From: an uncultured Mycoplasmatota bacterium | GTDB taxonomy: Bacteria; Bacillota_I; Bacilli_A; Izemoplasmatales; Izemoplasmataceae | DNA: 64,000 bases | Assembly: GCA_913057225.1 (NCBI GenBank) | Contig: CAJXNT010000003.1 | Coordinates: 4,751-68,750 of the forward strand | Reading direction: 5' to 3' | Part shown: positions 47,180 through 56,070 of the stretch, one piece after another | How the letters are laid out: each line of letters begins with the position of its first letter | Numbering within the stretch: the stretch's first letter is position 1 | Program-made: the position numbers and the translations under genes | Notes under the pieces: generated by a model | Databases searched by the model: none | What the model saw: only the letters and a program-made list of their open reading frames with translations | Told to the model about the DNA's origin: nothing

Positions 47180-48181
47180 TTAAAGGGTACTGCCTCTTGC
47201 GATGAGGCTGTGATCGAGAATGACTTCGGGGGTGGTGACTTCCTCTTGATTCATCAGCTTCGTCAGTAAGCGCATGCTGACCGCCCCAATGTCATAAATC
47301 GGCACATCCACACACGTCAGTGCCGGCCGCGCTAAGATGGCGTATTTGGTGTTTTGGAACCCCGCCACTGAGATGTCTGACGGAATCTTCACGTGATTTT
47401 GCCGGGCCACATTCATGAAGCTCACCGCAATCGAATCCCGCACCGCAACGACCCCATCCACTTTATGATTTCTAAAGTATTCATGGAAGTGTTCGGTGTT
47501 TACATTCACGCGCCCGGAGGTGCGCATGATGTGCGGGGTGAGGCCCGCTTCTTCAATCGCTCTTAAATAGCCGGATTCTTTGAGGTCGTTGACCATGTAT
47601 TTGCGGACGGTGGACACCATAAAGATGTTTTGACGGCCTTCGTCCACCAACTTTTTCGTCACTTCATAGGCGGCTTTTTCGTAATCAATGGACACCGATG
47701 GAATGTCATCGTGATCGGGATACATCGTATTGGTGAGGACGACGGGAATGCGGTATTCATCGCGCATCCGTTGTAAGAATTCGTATTGATCGGGGGTGAC
47801 TTCATCGTTCAGATATAAAATGCCATCGACTTGGGCCGCAATGATTTCTTTGAGGATTTCTTCTTGATTGAGCTCTTCTTGGTCGAGAATGTATAAAAGG
47901 ATGGAATACTTATACACCCGCGCAATGTCGGCAATCCCGTTCATCATCTCGGCGATGGACGCCCGCGACATGTCGGGCACAATGACGGCGACCGTGGTCG
48001 ATTTGCGGCTGGCAAGCCCCCGTGCAAAGGCGTTCGGCTTATAGCCCAAATCTTCAATCACCCGAAGCACCCGTTCTCTCGTATCGGGTTTCACCTTTTC
48101 GGGATTATTGATGGCTCGAGATACGGTGGCCAATGAGACTTTGGCTCTTAAGGCCACATCATAAATGGTTATTTTATTCAT
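47180..48181 (-). CDS. ccpA: LacI-family catabolite control protein A
   Basis: ..ITIYDVALRAKVSLATVSRAINN..VKPDTRERVLRVIEDLGYKPNAFARGLASRKSTTVAVIVPD.. closely follows the CcpA N-terminus; start trimmed to 48181 (SD gaggtgg). Confidence 0.8.
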   Translation of the reverse strand: MNKITIYDVALRAKVSLATVSRAINNPEKVKPDTRERVLRVIEDLGYKPNAFARGLASRKSTTVAVIVPDMSRASIAEMMNGIADIARVYKYSILLYILDQEELNQEEILKEIIAAQVDGILYLNDEVTPDQYEFLQRMRDEYRIPVVLTNTMYPDHDDIPSVSIDYEKAAYEVTKKLVDEGRQNIFMVSTVRKYMVNDLKESGYLRAIEEAGLTPHIMRTSGRVNVNTEHFHEYFRNHKVDGVVAVRDSIAVSFMNVARQNHVKIPSDISVAGFQNTKYAILARPALTCVDVPIYDIGAVSMRLLTKLMNQEEVTTPEVILDHSLIARGSTL

Positions 48182-48203
48182 AGAACCCACCTCTTTACGC
48201 CTT

Positions 48204-48232
48204 ATTATACATGACAATGAAAATGTTTTCAA
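48204..48232 (-). promoter_or_regulatory. Sigma-A-type promoter of ccpA
   Basis: TTGAAA - 17 nt - TATAAT on minus strand. Confidence 0.65.
48218..48231. promoter_or_regulatory. cre-like 14-bp palindrome overlapping the ccpA -35/spacer
   Basis: TGAAAACATTTTCA (minus) matches the cre consensus TGWAANCGNTNWCA except for the central CG. Confidence 0.5.
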
Positions 48233-48290
48233 AATAAATGTTGGCTTTTTCACGCATCGTTCGCAGGTTCTTTCATCGGCGCATTGGCGC

Positions 48291-48316
48291 AAAAAAAAAG
48301 CCCGAAGGCTTTTTTT
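48291..48316 (-). terminator. Intrinsic terminator of rplS
   Basis: AAAGCC-ttcg-GGCTTT with T9 tail on minus strand. Confidence 0.75.
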
Positions 48317-48662
48317 ACCGACGCTCTTTGATACGCGCCTGTTTGGTCGAAAGATTACGGATGTAATTGAGTTTCGCCCGGCGGACTTTTCCGCGGCGAA
48401 CCACTTGGATCGATTCTAAGGCCGGCGTATGGACGGGGAATGTCCGTTCGATGCCAATCCCATACGAGATTTTACGGACGGTGAATGTTTCACTGACACC
48501 GCCGCCTTGGCGTTTGATGACGAGGCCTTCAAATACCTGAATCCGTTCACGCTGTCCTTCTCGAATTCGAACCGAACACTTAACGGTATCGCCGGGTCGA
48601 AAATCGGGAACATCTGAACGAAGATACGAATCGGTCACGTGATTCAAAATCGCTTGTGACAT
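48315..48662 (-). CDS. rplS: 50S ribosomal protein L19
   Basis: ..[10 protein letters not shown]...[17 protein letters not shown].. Confidence 0.95.
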   Translation of the reverse strand: MSQAILNHVTDSYLRSDVPDFRPGDTVKCSVRIREGQRERIQVFEGLVIKRQGGGVSETFTVRKISYGIGIERTFPVHTPALESIQVVRRGKVRRAKLNYIRNLSTKQARIKERR

Positions 48663-48770
48663 ACAGATTCTCCTTTTCTTTTTCTTCGTATGTTCATGAG
48701 ACATCACGGTTCAGCGGAACACACTGTTTTGAGTGCAGCTTTAAAAGTATAGCATACCTTTTAATAGACT

Positions 48771-49460
48771 TCAAGCGTCTTTTTTACGCCATTTGGCGTA
48801 CAGATCTGGCCGTTTTTTTTGCGTTTGTTCCACCCGTTTTTGCGCGCGCCACTCGGCAATCTTGCCGTGATGGCCGGAAAGTAATACATCGGGCACCGTT
48901 TGGCCTTCAAATTCTGGGGGTTTGGTGTACTGAGGGTATTCGATCAACCCATCTTCATGCGATTCTTCTTCCAATGAGGCTTCATTGTGTAAGACGCCAG
49001 GAAGTAACCGCACCACGCTCTCTATGAGTGCCCACGCGGCGACTTCGCCACCATTTAACACGTAGTCTCCCAGCGATATTTCTTCATCGATGTACGCCAT
49101 TAAGCGTTCATCAAACCCTTCATAATGGCCACAAATTAAAATGAGATGGTCGCGCTTAGAAAGGCGTTTCGCGTGGGTCTGATGGTACACCGACCCTTGC
49201 GGAGAAAGCAGGATTTTATGCGCGTTTTCATGCCCGGGAATGGCCCGAATGGCCCGAACAATGGGTTCGACTTGTAAGACCATGCCGGCGCCGCCGCCAT
49301 AGGGGGTATCGTCGACTTTTTGGTGTTTATCGAGGCTATATTCACGGAAATTCACCACGTGATAATCGACGTGGCCCGTGAGGCCCGCACGTCCCATGAT
49401 GGACGTGTTTAAGACGGTTTCCATCATATCGGGAAAAAGCGTTAAAATATCAATTCTCAC
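48771..49460 (-). CDS. trmD: tRNA (guanine37-N1)-methyltransferase
   Basis: RIDILTLFPDMM.., ..LICGHYEGFDERL.., GTGA overlap with rimM stop, SD ggaggg. Confidence 0.93.
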   Translation of the reverse strand: MRIDILTLFPDMMETVLNTSIMGRAGLTGHVDYHVVNFREYSLDKHQKVDDTPYGGGAGMVLQVEPIVRAIRAIPGHENAHKILLSPQGSVYHQTHAKRLSKRDHLILICGHYEGFDERLMAYIDEEISLGDYVLNGGEVAAWALIESVVRLLPGVLHNEASLEEESHEDGLIEYPQYTKPPEFEGQTVPDVLLSGHHGKIAEWRAQKRVEQTQKKRPDLYAKWRKKDA

Positions 49461-49960
49461 ACCAATCCCTCCCAAGCGTTTAAATGAATGATGCCGGCGT
49501 CTAAATCCACCGACTCAATGAAGACTTTTAAAAAGGGGACGAGCGCATCTTTACCGCCCGTTTCTATGCGTAACATCGTGCCTTGGGGATACTCATGTAA
49601 GGCTTTCACCGTGCCGACTTTCTTTCCATCGGCGACGACATCCAAGCCTTCGAGTTGATCAAAATAAAAGGCATCGGCTTCCAGTTCACCGCGTTTTTGT
49701 GCATCGTAATAAAGCGTGCCCCCCCGCCAGGAAAATGCCAGGTCCCGGTCGTCACATTCTTTGACCTTTAAGACATCGCCCGCAGTCATGGCCTGAAACG
49801 ATTCCACCGTGATCATCTGGGTGGTCTTCGGGGTGATGAGTTTTAATTCACTCCCCGCTTGGAAACGCTCCGTTTTAAAATCGGTCTCACTTTTGACTTT
49901 GAATGCGCCTTTGACCCCATGCGGTTTTAAGACGGTGGCGATGGGAATCCACGCACTCAT
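49457..49960 (-). CDS. rimM: 16S rRNA processing protein RimM
   Basis: ..IATVLKPHGVKGAFKV.. PRC-barrel protein; ATGA overlap with the upstream permease stop. Confidence 0.88.
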   Translation of the reverse strand: MSAWIPIATVLKPHGVKGAFKVKSETDFKTERFQAGSELKLITPKTTQMITVESFQAMTAGDVLKVKECDDRDLAFSWRGGTLYYDAQKRGELEADAFYFDQLEGLDVVADGKKVGTVKALHEYPQGTMLRIETGGKDALVPFLKVFIESVDLDAGIIHLNAWEGLV

Positions 49961-51123
49961 TTTTGGAACACAATCCGTTCTGAGGAAAGCATCAGTTTCA
50001 CTGTCCAAGCCAGTAACCCTGTGGTGATGAGCGATGAGGCCATGACAATGAGTACACTGGTCCATGTGTAGTTTTGGGCCAAGACCCCGTTGATGACTTG
50101 AATTGAACCATAAAGAGGAATTGCGTTTAAAAGTTCATTGGACGCCCCATCGGAAAAGAGATTAAGCGCCGAAACCACAATCGTAATGAGGTATAAAGGC
50201 GACGCCAACGATGCGGCTTCTTTGATCGATTTGGCGTAGGCACTGACCACGCTGATCACGCCCACAATGACTAAGGTTGTGCTCAAAATGACCAAGAGAA
50301 GCGCCACCATACCGCCGACACCGTAAATATCTAAGACGTTGACGGAGCCGGTGCTTTCAAGTTGTAAGAGCACCGGAATCGAAAGCGCCACCCCGATGAA
50401 GGAAGAAAACGCGGAAGCCAGACTGATCACCGTGATCGCGAGAATTTTACCCAACGCAAAGGCGCTGCGAGAAATGGGCGTGACTAGAAGGGTCGCCAAG
50501 GTGCCGCGTTCTTTTTCGCCCGCAATGATGTCGGGCGCAATGGAAAGGGCGGCCGCAAAGATGAAGATGACAATGAGTAAGGGCACAATCGAAGAGATGA
50601 TGGTCGCAAAAATCTCCGATTCGTCTTCATACGCGGTGATCGTCTCTGCAAAAACGAGGCGTTCTTCTTCGGTGTAATTTTCAGCCAGAATTTGATTCCT
50701 CAGGCCATCCAATAAATTAAGGACGCGCGATCCGCCTTCACTCGATGTTTCGTTCGACCCATCGAAATAAAGCTTCACTTCCGGGAATCCATCCGCGGCG
50801 AGTTGTTCGGCGAAATCCGGGTCGAACACCAGAATGACGCCTTCGGAATCATTGACCAAGGTTTCAGGGTCTTGCCCTTCATAGGCTGATATCTCAAAAA
50901 GAGCCGGATCAAACAGCGGTTCTAAAGATTCAGGCATGTTTTCCACATACAGCGTGGTGGTGGATTGGGTGATTTCTTCCACTTGATTGCCGATGACATT
51001 GCCCATGATGGAATAAATGGCAAAAATCATCAGCCCGGGGAGTAACACCGTGGTGAAGAGGAGCTTTTTATCAATCCAAAAGCGTTTAAGTTCTTTTGAC
51101 ATGATCGTTAAACTGTCACGCAT
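49957..51123 (-). CDS. ABC-2-type exporter permease (NatB-like)
   Basis: N-terminal TM, large extracytoplasmic loop, five C-terminal TMs; SD ggaggtg 4 nt before ATG at 51123; 8-nt overlap with ATPase gene. Confidence 0.75.
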   Translation of the reverse strand: MRDSLTIMSKELKRFWIDKKLLFTTVLLPGLMIFAIYSIMGNVIGNQVEEITQSTTTLYVENMPESLEPLFDPALFEISAYEGQDPETLVNDSEGVILVFDPDFAEQLAADGFPEVKLYFDGSNETSSEGGSRVLNLLDGLRNQILAENYTEEERLVFAETITAYEDESEIFATIISSIVPLLIVIFIFAAALSIAPDIIAGEKERGTLATLLVTPISRSAFALGKILAITVISLASAFSSFIGVALSIPVLLQLESTGSVNVLDIYGVGGMVALLLVILSTTLVIVGVISVVSAYAKSIKEAASLASPLYLITIVVSALNLFSDGASNELLNAIPLYGSIQVINGVLAQNYTWTSVLIVMASSLITTGLLAWTVKLMLSSERIVFQK

Positions 51124-51892
51124 CGTGCACCTCCGCTTCCACCAGTTCAAAGAACAAGGTTTCTAAGTCTTGATAGTTATCGCTTTGTCGGATGACATCC
51201 ATCGGTTCTAAGATTTTCATCTCGCCTTGAATGATGATGCCCACCCGGTCTACGATTTTTTCCACCACCGATAAAATGTGCGTGGAAATGATGATCGTTT
51301 TGCCTTTTTCTTTCAGTTCCCCCAAATAATCGAGGACCGTCTTGGCCGTTAAGACATCGAGGCCATTGGTCGGTTCATCAAAAATGATCACATCGGGATC
51401 ATGGACTAAGCTCATGGCGATCGACGTTTTTTGCTTCATCCCACTGGATAAATCGGCCACTTTGACTTCCGCAAAGCGGTCAATTCCAAACCGGGTGAAA
51501 AGCGCGTCTCTCCGTTTTTTCATGGTCGCTTCATCGACGCCATAAAGCTTGGAAAAATACGCAAACAGATAATTCGGCGAGAAATAGTCTTCGAGTTTAA
51601 GTTCATTGGTTAAAAACGCAATCGATTGACGCGTGCGTTTGGATTCTGTCAGGGCATCAAAGTCCCCAAGGGTGATGGTGCCGGAATCGGGTTTAATGAG
51701 GGTGGCAATCGACCGCATGGCGGTGGTTTTACCCGCCCCATTGGGGCCTAACAGCCCAAATATCTCGCCCGGAAAAGCGTCAAAACTGATGCCTTTAAGG
51801 GCATGTTTGACGCGGGAATCCGTGCGGTTGATTTTCTGTTGTTTTTTTGAGAGTTTAAAGGTTTTTTTGAGGTCTTTTACGCTCAGTTTCAT
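51116..51892 (-). CDS. ABC transporter ATP-binding protein (NatA-like)
   Basis: Walker A GPNGAGKTT, signature LSSGMKQK, Walker B IIFDEP. Confidence 0.88.
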   Translation of the reverse strand: MKLSVKDLKKTFKLSKKQQKINRTDSRVKHALKGISFDAFPGEIFGLLGPNGAGKTTAMRSIATLIKPDSGTITLGDFDALTESKRTRQSIAFLTNELKLEDYFSPNYLFAYFSKLYGVDEATMKKRRDALFTRFGIDRFAEVKVADLSSGMKQKTSIAMSLVHDPDVIIFDEPTNGLDVLTAKTVLDYLGELKEKGKTIIISTHILSVVEKIVDRVGIIIQGEMKILEPMDVIRQSDNYQDLETLFFELVEAEVHDA

Positions 51893-51901
51893 ACATCCTC
51901 C

Positions 51902-51930
51902 AAATAAAAAGCTGCCGAAACCAGCAGCTT
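51902..51930 (-). terminator. Intrinsic terminator/attenuator between the KH-protein gene and the ABC ATPase gene
   Basis: AAGCTGC-tggtttcg-GCAGCTT followed by TTTTATTT, then SD ggagg of the ATPase gene. Confidence 0.6.
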
Positions 51931-52177
51931 AAAAGGCATCAATTTGAATGGTGATGCGCTTATGATTTCGCGCTGCAGAGGCATGCGCAATGGTCCGAAT
52001 GGCATTGGCAATTCGTCCATTTTTTCCGATGACGCGGCCCAAGTCTTCTTCGTTCACTAAGACTTGCACGGTGATGAGACTGTCATCTTCGGATAAGACT
52101 TTCACACCGACGTCTTCTGGATGGATGACGAGCGGTGTTATGAGGTGCTCAATGAGCGTTTCGTAATTTACCGCCAT
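51929..52177 (-). CDS. KH-domain RNA-binding protein (YlqC/KhpA-like)
   Basis: ..VIGKNGRIANAIRTI.. GXXG KH loop, position after rpsP. Confidence 0.85.
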   Translation of the reverse strand: MAVNYETLIEHLITPLVIHPEDVGVKVLSEDDSLITVQVLVNEEDLGRVIGKNGRIANAIRTIAHASAARNHKRITIQIDAF

Positions 52178-52186
52178 GGCGCATCC

Positions 52187-52456
52187 CTACTTTCTTTTGG
52201 GGTCTTTGAATTTCGCGATGATGCCTTTTTTGGAAAGTAAACTCTTTGCGGTGTCGGTGGGCTGAGCCCCTTTATCTAACCAGGCCATCGCTTTGGCTTC
52301 ATCAATGTCAATGAGTGCGGGGTTTTGATTGGGATCGTATTGCCCCACGATTTCTAAGTAACGACCGTCGCGTTTGAAGTGGGAATCACTCGCGACCAAT
52401 CGATAGATGGGGTGTCTTTTCGACCCAAACCGTTGCAATCTTAATTTAACTGCCAT
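52187..52456 (-). CDS. rpsP: 30S ribosomal protein S16
   Basis: MAVKLRLQRFGSKRHPIYRLV.. ; SD aaggag. Confidence 0.95.
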   Translation of the reverse strand: MAVKLRLQRFGSKRHPIYRLVASDSHFKRDGRYLEIVGQYDPNQNPALIDIDEAKAMAWLDKGAQPTDTAKSLLSKKGIIAKFKDPKRK

Positions 52457-52518
52457 ATTCGTCTCCTTATTTAAGCTAACCAAAGCTTAGCACGAGCCCG
52501 AATAAGTGTCAAGTATTT

Positions 52519-52758
52519 TTACTGTACATCAATGTCAAATTGATACATGTCTTTGTCAAGGTAACTCTCGTCCACGTATTTGACCCCACGCAAATTGCGC
52601 ATGTCTTTCATGATGGTCTCTTTTTTGTCGGTGTCGACATAGACGATCGCGTAGTGTCTTTTTTTATGGTAATAGGTGAGGTTGCCCATTTTTCTCAAGA
52701 GTTTAAGCAATTTGGGCGACCGGTAATACACCACGAGGGGTTCGCGTTCAATCATCAT
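52519..52758 (-). CDS. UPF0298/YlbG-like small protein (DUF2129)
   Basis: ..VYYRSPKLLKLLRKMGNLTYYHKKRHYAIVYVD.. matches the YlbG-family pattern. Confidence 0.65.
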   Translation of the reverse strand: MMIEREPLVVYYRSPKLLKLLRKMGNLTYYHKKRHYAIVYVDTDKKETIMKDMRNLRGVKYVDESYLDKDMYQFDIDVQ

Positions 52759-52764
52759 TCACTC

Positions 52765-53133
52765 CTAAAGCCGAACGTTTAAATTCCCAAGACTGATTTG
52801 GGGCGAAATGGTCTTCGCCAGGGCTTGCGAAAAGGCATCCAGTTCGGTTTGTAACGTCTGATATGCCGCTAAATAAGCCTTCATAAATGGCGCGTCAAAT
52901 AGCGTCGATTTCGCCGCTTGAAACGCTTTTTGAGCGGCCGGTAAATCGGGGTGATGCCGGCCATACTTTTTGGTTTCCATGTACGTTTCTTTGGCCGTAT
53001 TGTAAGCATCCAACAACCGCTTATGCGCCGGTTGATCAAATGCCGCTTCGGTGGATTTGACCGCTTGAAAGGCGTCGCTTTTTAAAAAATACTCAATCAC
53101 GTCATCCACCATTTGAATGCGTAAATCATCCAT
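52765..53133 (-). CDS. YlbF/YmcA-family regulatory protein
   Basis: All-helical ~120 aa, ..F...K..........L...Y...Q..L.. pattern, next to the ylbG-like gene. Confidence 0.55.
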   Translation of the reverse strand: MDDLRIQMVDDVIEYFLKSDAFQAVKSTEAAFDQPAHKRLLDAYNTAKETYMETKKYGRHHPDLPAAQKAFQAAKSTLFDAPFMKAYLAAYQTLQTELDAFSQALAKTISPQISLGNLNVRL

Positions 53134-53210
53134 GAAATCACCGGGTTTAGTATAGCATAAAAGCGCCAATTTGGTGTATACTTAACGTGTCAAGAATTCA
53201 AGGAAAACAC

Positions 53211-54377
53211 ATGCATAAAACCAGGTTTTTAGGGTTTAAAATACTTTTGCTGATCAGCCTTTTTCTCGGGCCCACGTTTTCACCCGTTCAGCCCGTCCAT
53301 GCCAACGACGATTCATCTCCCACCATCGTCTATTTTTATGAAGCGCTGTGCACAGGCTGTCAAGCCGTGGAAGCAGCCGGTGTCATTGCCGGCTTAGAAG
53401 CCCAAGGCGTGACGATCATCATCAAAGACATGGCAGAAACCTCCGCCATTGAAGACCTAGCTCGGTATGGGGATTTTTATGGGGTCCCTGCGCGGGACCG
53501 GGCCACGCCCCTCATGTTTGCGGGCGATACATATTTTTCAGGGCCCAATGCCATCATTGAAGCCTATGAAAGCGGGGCCTTGGTCAGTGCGGCATCCGAG
53601 CCGTTGCTGGATGTCCCCGATGATTACGTGGGCCTTTCGGGCTGGTCGGGCATTTTTTCTGTCATGGCGGCTGGACTCTTAGATAGCATCAACCCCTGCG
53701 CGATTGCGATGCTTCTCATGTTTGTATCCTTGGTCTCCCCCATTAAAAATCAAAAAGTCTTAATCAAAGTCTCGTTATCCTACATTTTAGGCATCTTTGT
53801 GATGTATTTTTTCATCGGCTTTGCCTTACTCAGTTTGATGCGTCAATTCGCCGCGCAAATTTCAGCGGTTCAAACCATTTTGTATGTGGCCTTTGCGGTG
53901 TTATCGTTGGGGCTGGCCGCCTTAACGCTGAATGATTTTTTTGCGGCGCGCAGGGCCGATTATGCGAACATTAAAAACCAATTGCCGAAGGGCATTAAAA
54001 AATTTAACCGTCGGTTCATGGAACGCTTCACCCGTGTGTTAGAATCGGAGGCGGGCACGCACCAGTGGGTGCTGATCGCCGTGCCGTTTCTGATTGGCTC
54101 GGTGATTGCCATCACCGAAGCGGCCTGCACCGGCCAGGTGTATGGCTTGATTCTCATTTCCATACGGTCTGCGGCCCCGACCACCGGCATCTTGTATTTA
54201 TTGCTCTTTAACGTCCTCTTTATTACCCCACTCATTTTGATCAGTGTGATCGCCGTTCGGGCGAAAACCACCGACGGCGTGGCGTTATTTGTCAGTGAAC
54301 ACCTAGCCACCATCAAACTTTTAACCGCCGGCTTCTTCTTCGCCATGGCGGCGTACTTCATCATCAACGTGCTATAA
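53211..54377 (+). CDS. Secreted thioredoxin/glutaredoxin-like domain fused to a CcdA/DsbD-type thiol-disulfide membrane transporter
   Basis: Signal peptide, CxxC (LCTGCQ) in the N-terminal domain, then 6 TMs with ..SINPCAIAMLL.. and ..EAACTGQVY.. (the two conserved CcdA cysteines). Confidence 0.7.
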   Translation: MHKTRFLGFKILLLISLFLGPTFSPVQPVHANDDSSPTIVYFYEALCTGCQAVEAAGVIAGLEAQGVTIIIKDMAETSAIEDLARYGDFYGVPARDRATPLMFAGDTYFSGPNAIIEAYESGALVSAASEPLLDVPDDYVGLSGWSGIFSVMAAGLLDSINPCAIAMLLMFVSLVSPIKNQKVLIKVSLSYILGIFVMYFFIGFALLSLMRQFAAQISAVQTILYVAFAVLSLGLAALTLNDFFAARRADYANIKNQLPKGIKKFNRRFMERFTRVLESEAGTHQWVLIAVPFLIGSVIAITEAACTGQVYGLILISIRSAAPTTGILYLLLFNVLFITPLILISVIAVRAKTTDGVALFVSEHLATIKLLTAGFFFAMAAYFIINVL

Positions 54378-54395
54378 CCCATTTAGGAGGACACC

Positions 54396-54671
54396 ATGAA
54401 TCCGAAAATCGAGGTCTTTCACCTCGGCACATCCATTTTCAAAGGGAAAATGTTAACCCTTCCGTTTAAAAAAGCCATCATCCGCGAGCGGGGTCAATCG
54501 CTGTTTGGCGATGATGACCCATGCGCCATCCAAGAATCTCAAATTCGGCGCACCCTCGTCAAAGAAATGCTTTCGGTCTTTGACGATGAACTTTCCGGAC
54601 AACGTCACATCGAGATGATGCAGTGGCTGGATTTTGACCATCCAGAAGATCTCATCATCAGAAAGCGCTAA
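54396..54671 (+). CDS. Hypothetical 91-aa protein
   Basis: Strong SD taggagg 7 nt upstream; stop 1 nt before the cysteine desulfurase ATG. Confidence 0.55.
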   Translation: MNPKIEVFHLGTSIFKGKMLTLPFKKAIIRERGQSLFGDDDPCAIQESQIRRTLVKEMLSVFDDELSGQRHIEMMQWLDFDHPEDLIIRKR

Positions 54672-54672
54672 A

Positions 54673-55806
54673 ATGATTTACCTGGATAATGCGGCCACCA
54701 CCTTCATTCACCCGGAGGTCATTGAGGCCATCAAAGACTCCCTTGGCAACACCAAAGGAAATCCTTCCAGTGTCCATGAACTCGGTTTTAAGGCCACCCG
54801 TGAATGGAACGCGGTCAAAGACCGCATCGGCGCCATTTTCAATGTATCTAAAAAACACTTGATTTTTAACTCATCCGGCACCGAAGCCAACAACATCGTC
54901 ATTCAAGGGCGTTACTTTAAAACCCCTTCCTTACGGTTTATCACCACCCAAACCGAACACAGCTCGGTCCTCAACACGTTTAAAGCCATTGAAGCCCGTG
55001 GGGCCGATGTGGTGTATTTAGACGTTGATGAAGAAGGTTTTATCGATCTTTCTGCGCTGAAAAAAGCGTTGAAAGAAGCCCCCACCAGTCTGGTGAGTAT
55101 TCTTCATACCAACAACGAAACGGGCGTCATTCAAGACATCGATGCCATCACCCGCTTGGCCCATGCGCACGGCGCGTTGGTGCATTACGATATGGTCCAA
55201 GTGTTGATGCATGACTCCGTCGATTTAAACGCAATGAATTGTGATTTTGCGACCTTCTCGGCACATAAATTTTTTGGGCCCAAAGGCGTTGGCCTCACCT
55301 ACATCAAAGACCACGCGAGCATTCTTCCCCATACTGTGGGCGGCTCTCAAGAATATCGGTTGCGCGCCGGCACACCCAATCTCAGTTTTGCGCTTGGGTT
55401 TGTAAGAGCCTTAGAACTCACAGAGGCCCACCGCCAATCATGGCAAGAAACCATCGACCGGCTGGCCCATGCCTTAATCAAAAAACTCGAGGCCTCCAAC
55501 TTGGACTACACCCTCAATGGACCGCCTTTAGAGGGTCAAAGAATTCCAGGGACTTTAAACATCGCGTTTAAAGATCTCGATGCCATCGACTTACGGTTTT
55601 TCCTCAACGATCACGACATTTATCTCTCTTTAGGCAGTGCGTGCGATGCCGAGAGCATGCATGCATCTCATGTCCTCAGAGCCATGTTTAAAGAGGATGA
55701 AGCTCGCATTAATTCGAGCGTTCGAATTTCGTTTTCACCCGACATCACAGACTCCGATCTGGATACCTTAGTAAAAACCATTGAAACATTTAAAAAGAGT
55801 GCGTGA
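54673..55806 (+). CDS. Cysteine desulfurase (class V aminotransferase, NifS/IscS-like)
   Basis: MIYLDNAATT.., PLP lysine ..FSAHKFFGPKG.., catalytic ..LSLGSAC.. Confidence 0.85.
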   Translation: MIYLDNAATTFIHPEVIEAIKDSLGNTKGNPSSVHELGFKATREWNAVKDRIGAIFNVSKKHLIFNSSGTEANNIVIQGRYFKTPSLRFITTQTEHSSVLNTFKAIEARGADVVYLDVDEEGFIDLSALKKALKEAPTSLVSILHTNNETGVIQDIDAITRLAHAHGALVHYDMVQVLMHDSVDLNAMNCDFATFSAHKFFGPKGVGLTYIKDHASILPHTVGGSQEYRLRAGTPNLSFALGFVRALELTEAHRQSWQETIDRLAHALIKKLEASNLDYTLNGPPLEGQRIPGTLNIAFKDLDAIDLRFFLNDHDIYLSLGSACDAESMHASHVLRAMFKEDEARINSSVRISFSPDITDSDLDTLVKTIETFKKSA

Positions 55807-55826
55807 AGTTCACGCACTCTTTTTTT
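55792..55826. terminator. Bidirectional intrinsic terminator
   Basis: AAAAAGAGTGCGTGA-agt-TCACGCACTCTTTTTTT; both convergent stop codons lie in the stem. Confidence 0.85.
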
Positions 55827-56070
55827 GTAGGTCATAGACGGTAAAGCCCAGTTCTTTTTTAAATATGGCATCGAGTCTTTTTTCTTCGGCTTTGTTTTGA
55901 ATGATCGACTGATAGGTCTTGATCCAATGCGTGAGATTTGCCCCATCGCTATGGCCCAGGGCCACCTGTTCAAAGTACTCGACCGCCTGAATCAGGGTCG
56001 CGATCTCATCGGGGGTATAAAGGGAGTACTCAAAGGGAAATTGAAACTCAGTCTCCAAATGCAATCCCAA
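55810..56070 (-). CDS. Possible 86-aa hypothetical protein
   Basis: Only TTG starts, no clear SD, 23-nt overlap with pfk 3' end. It does end in the shared terminator and fills the whole pfk-terminator gap. Confidence 0.35.
   Translation of the reverse strand: MGLHLETEFQFPFEYSLYTPDEIATLIQAVEYFEQVALGHSDGANLTHWIKTYQSIIQNKAEEKRLDAIFKKELGFTVYDLQKKSA

Noticed and set aside
49719-49725. C7 run inside rimM and G6 run (4133-4138) inside the adhesin gene as phase-variation tracts
   Set aside because: The tracts are short and in frame with intact ORFs. The rimM run simply encodes Arg-Gly-Gly. There is no supporting evidence for variability.
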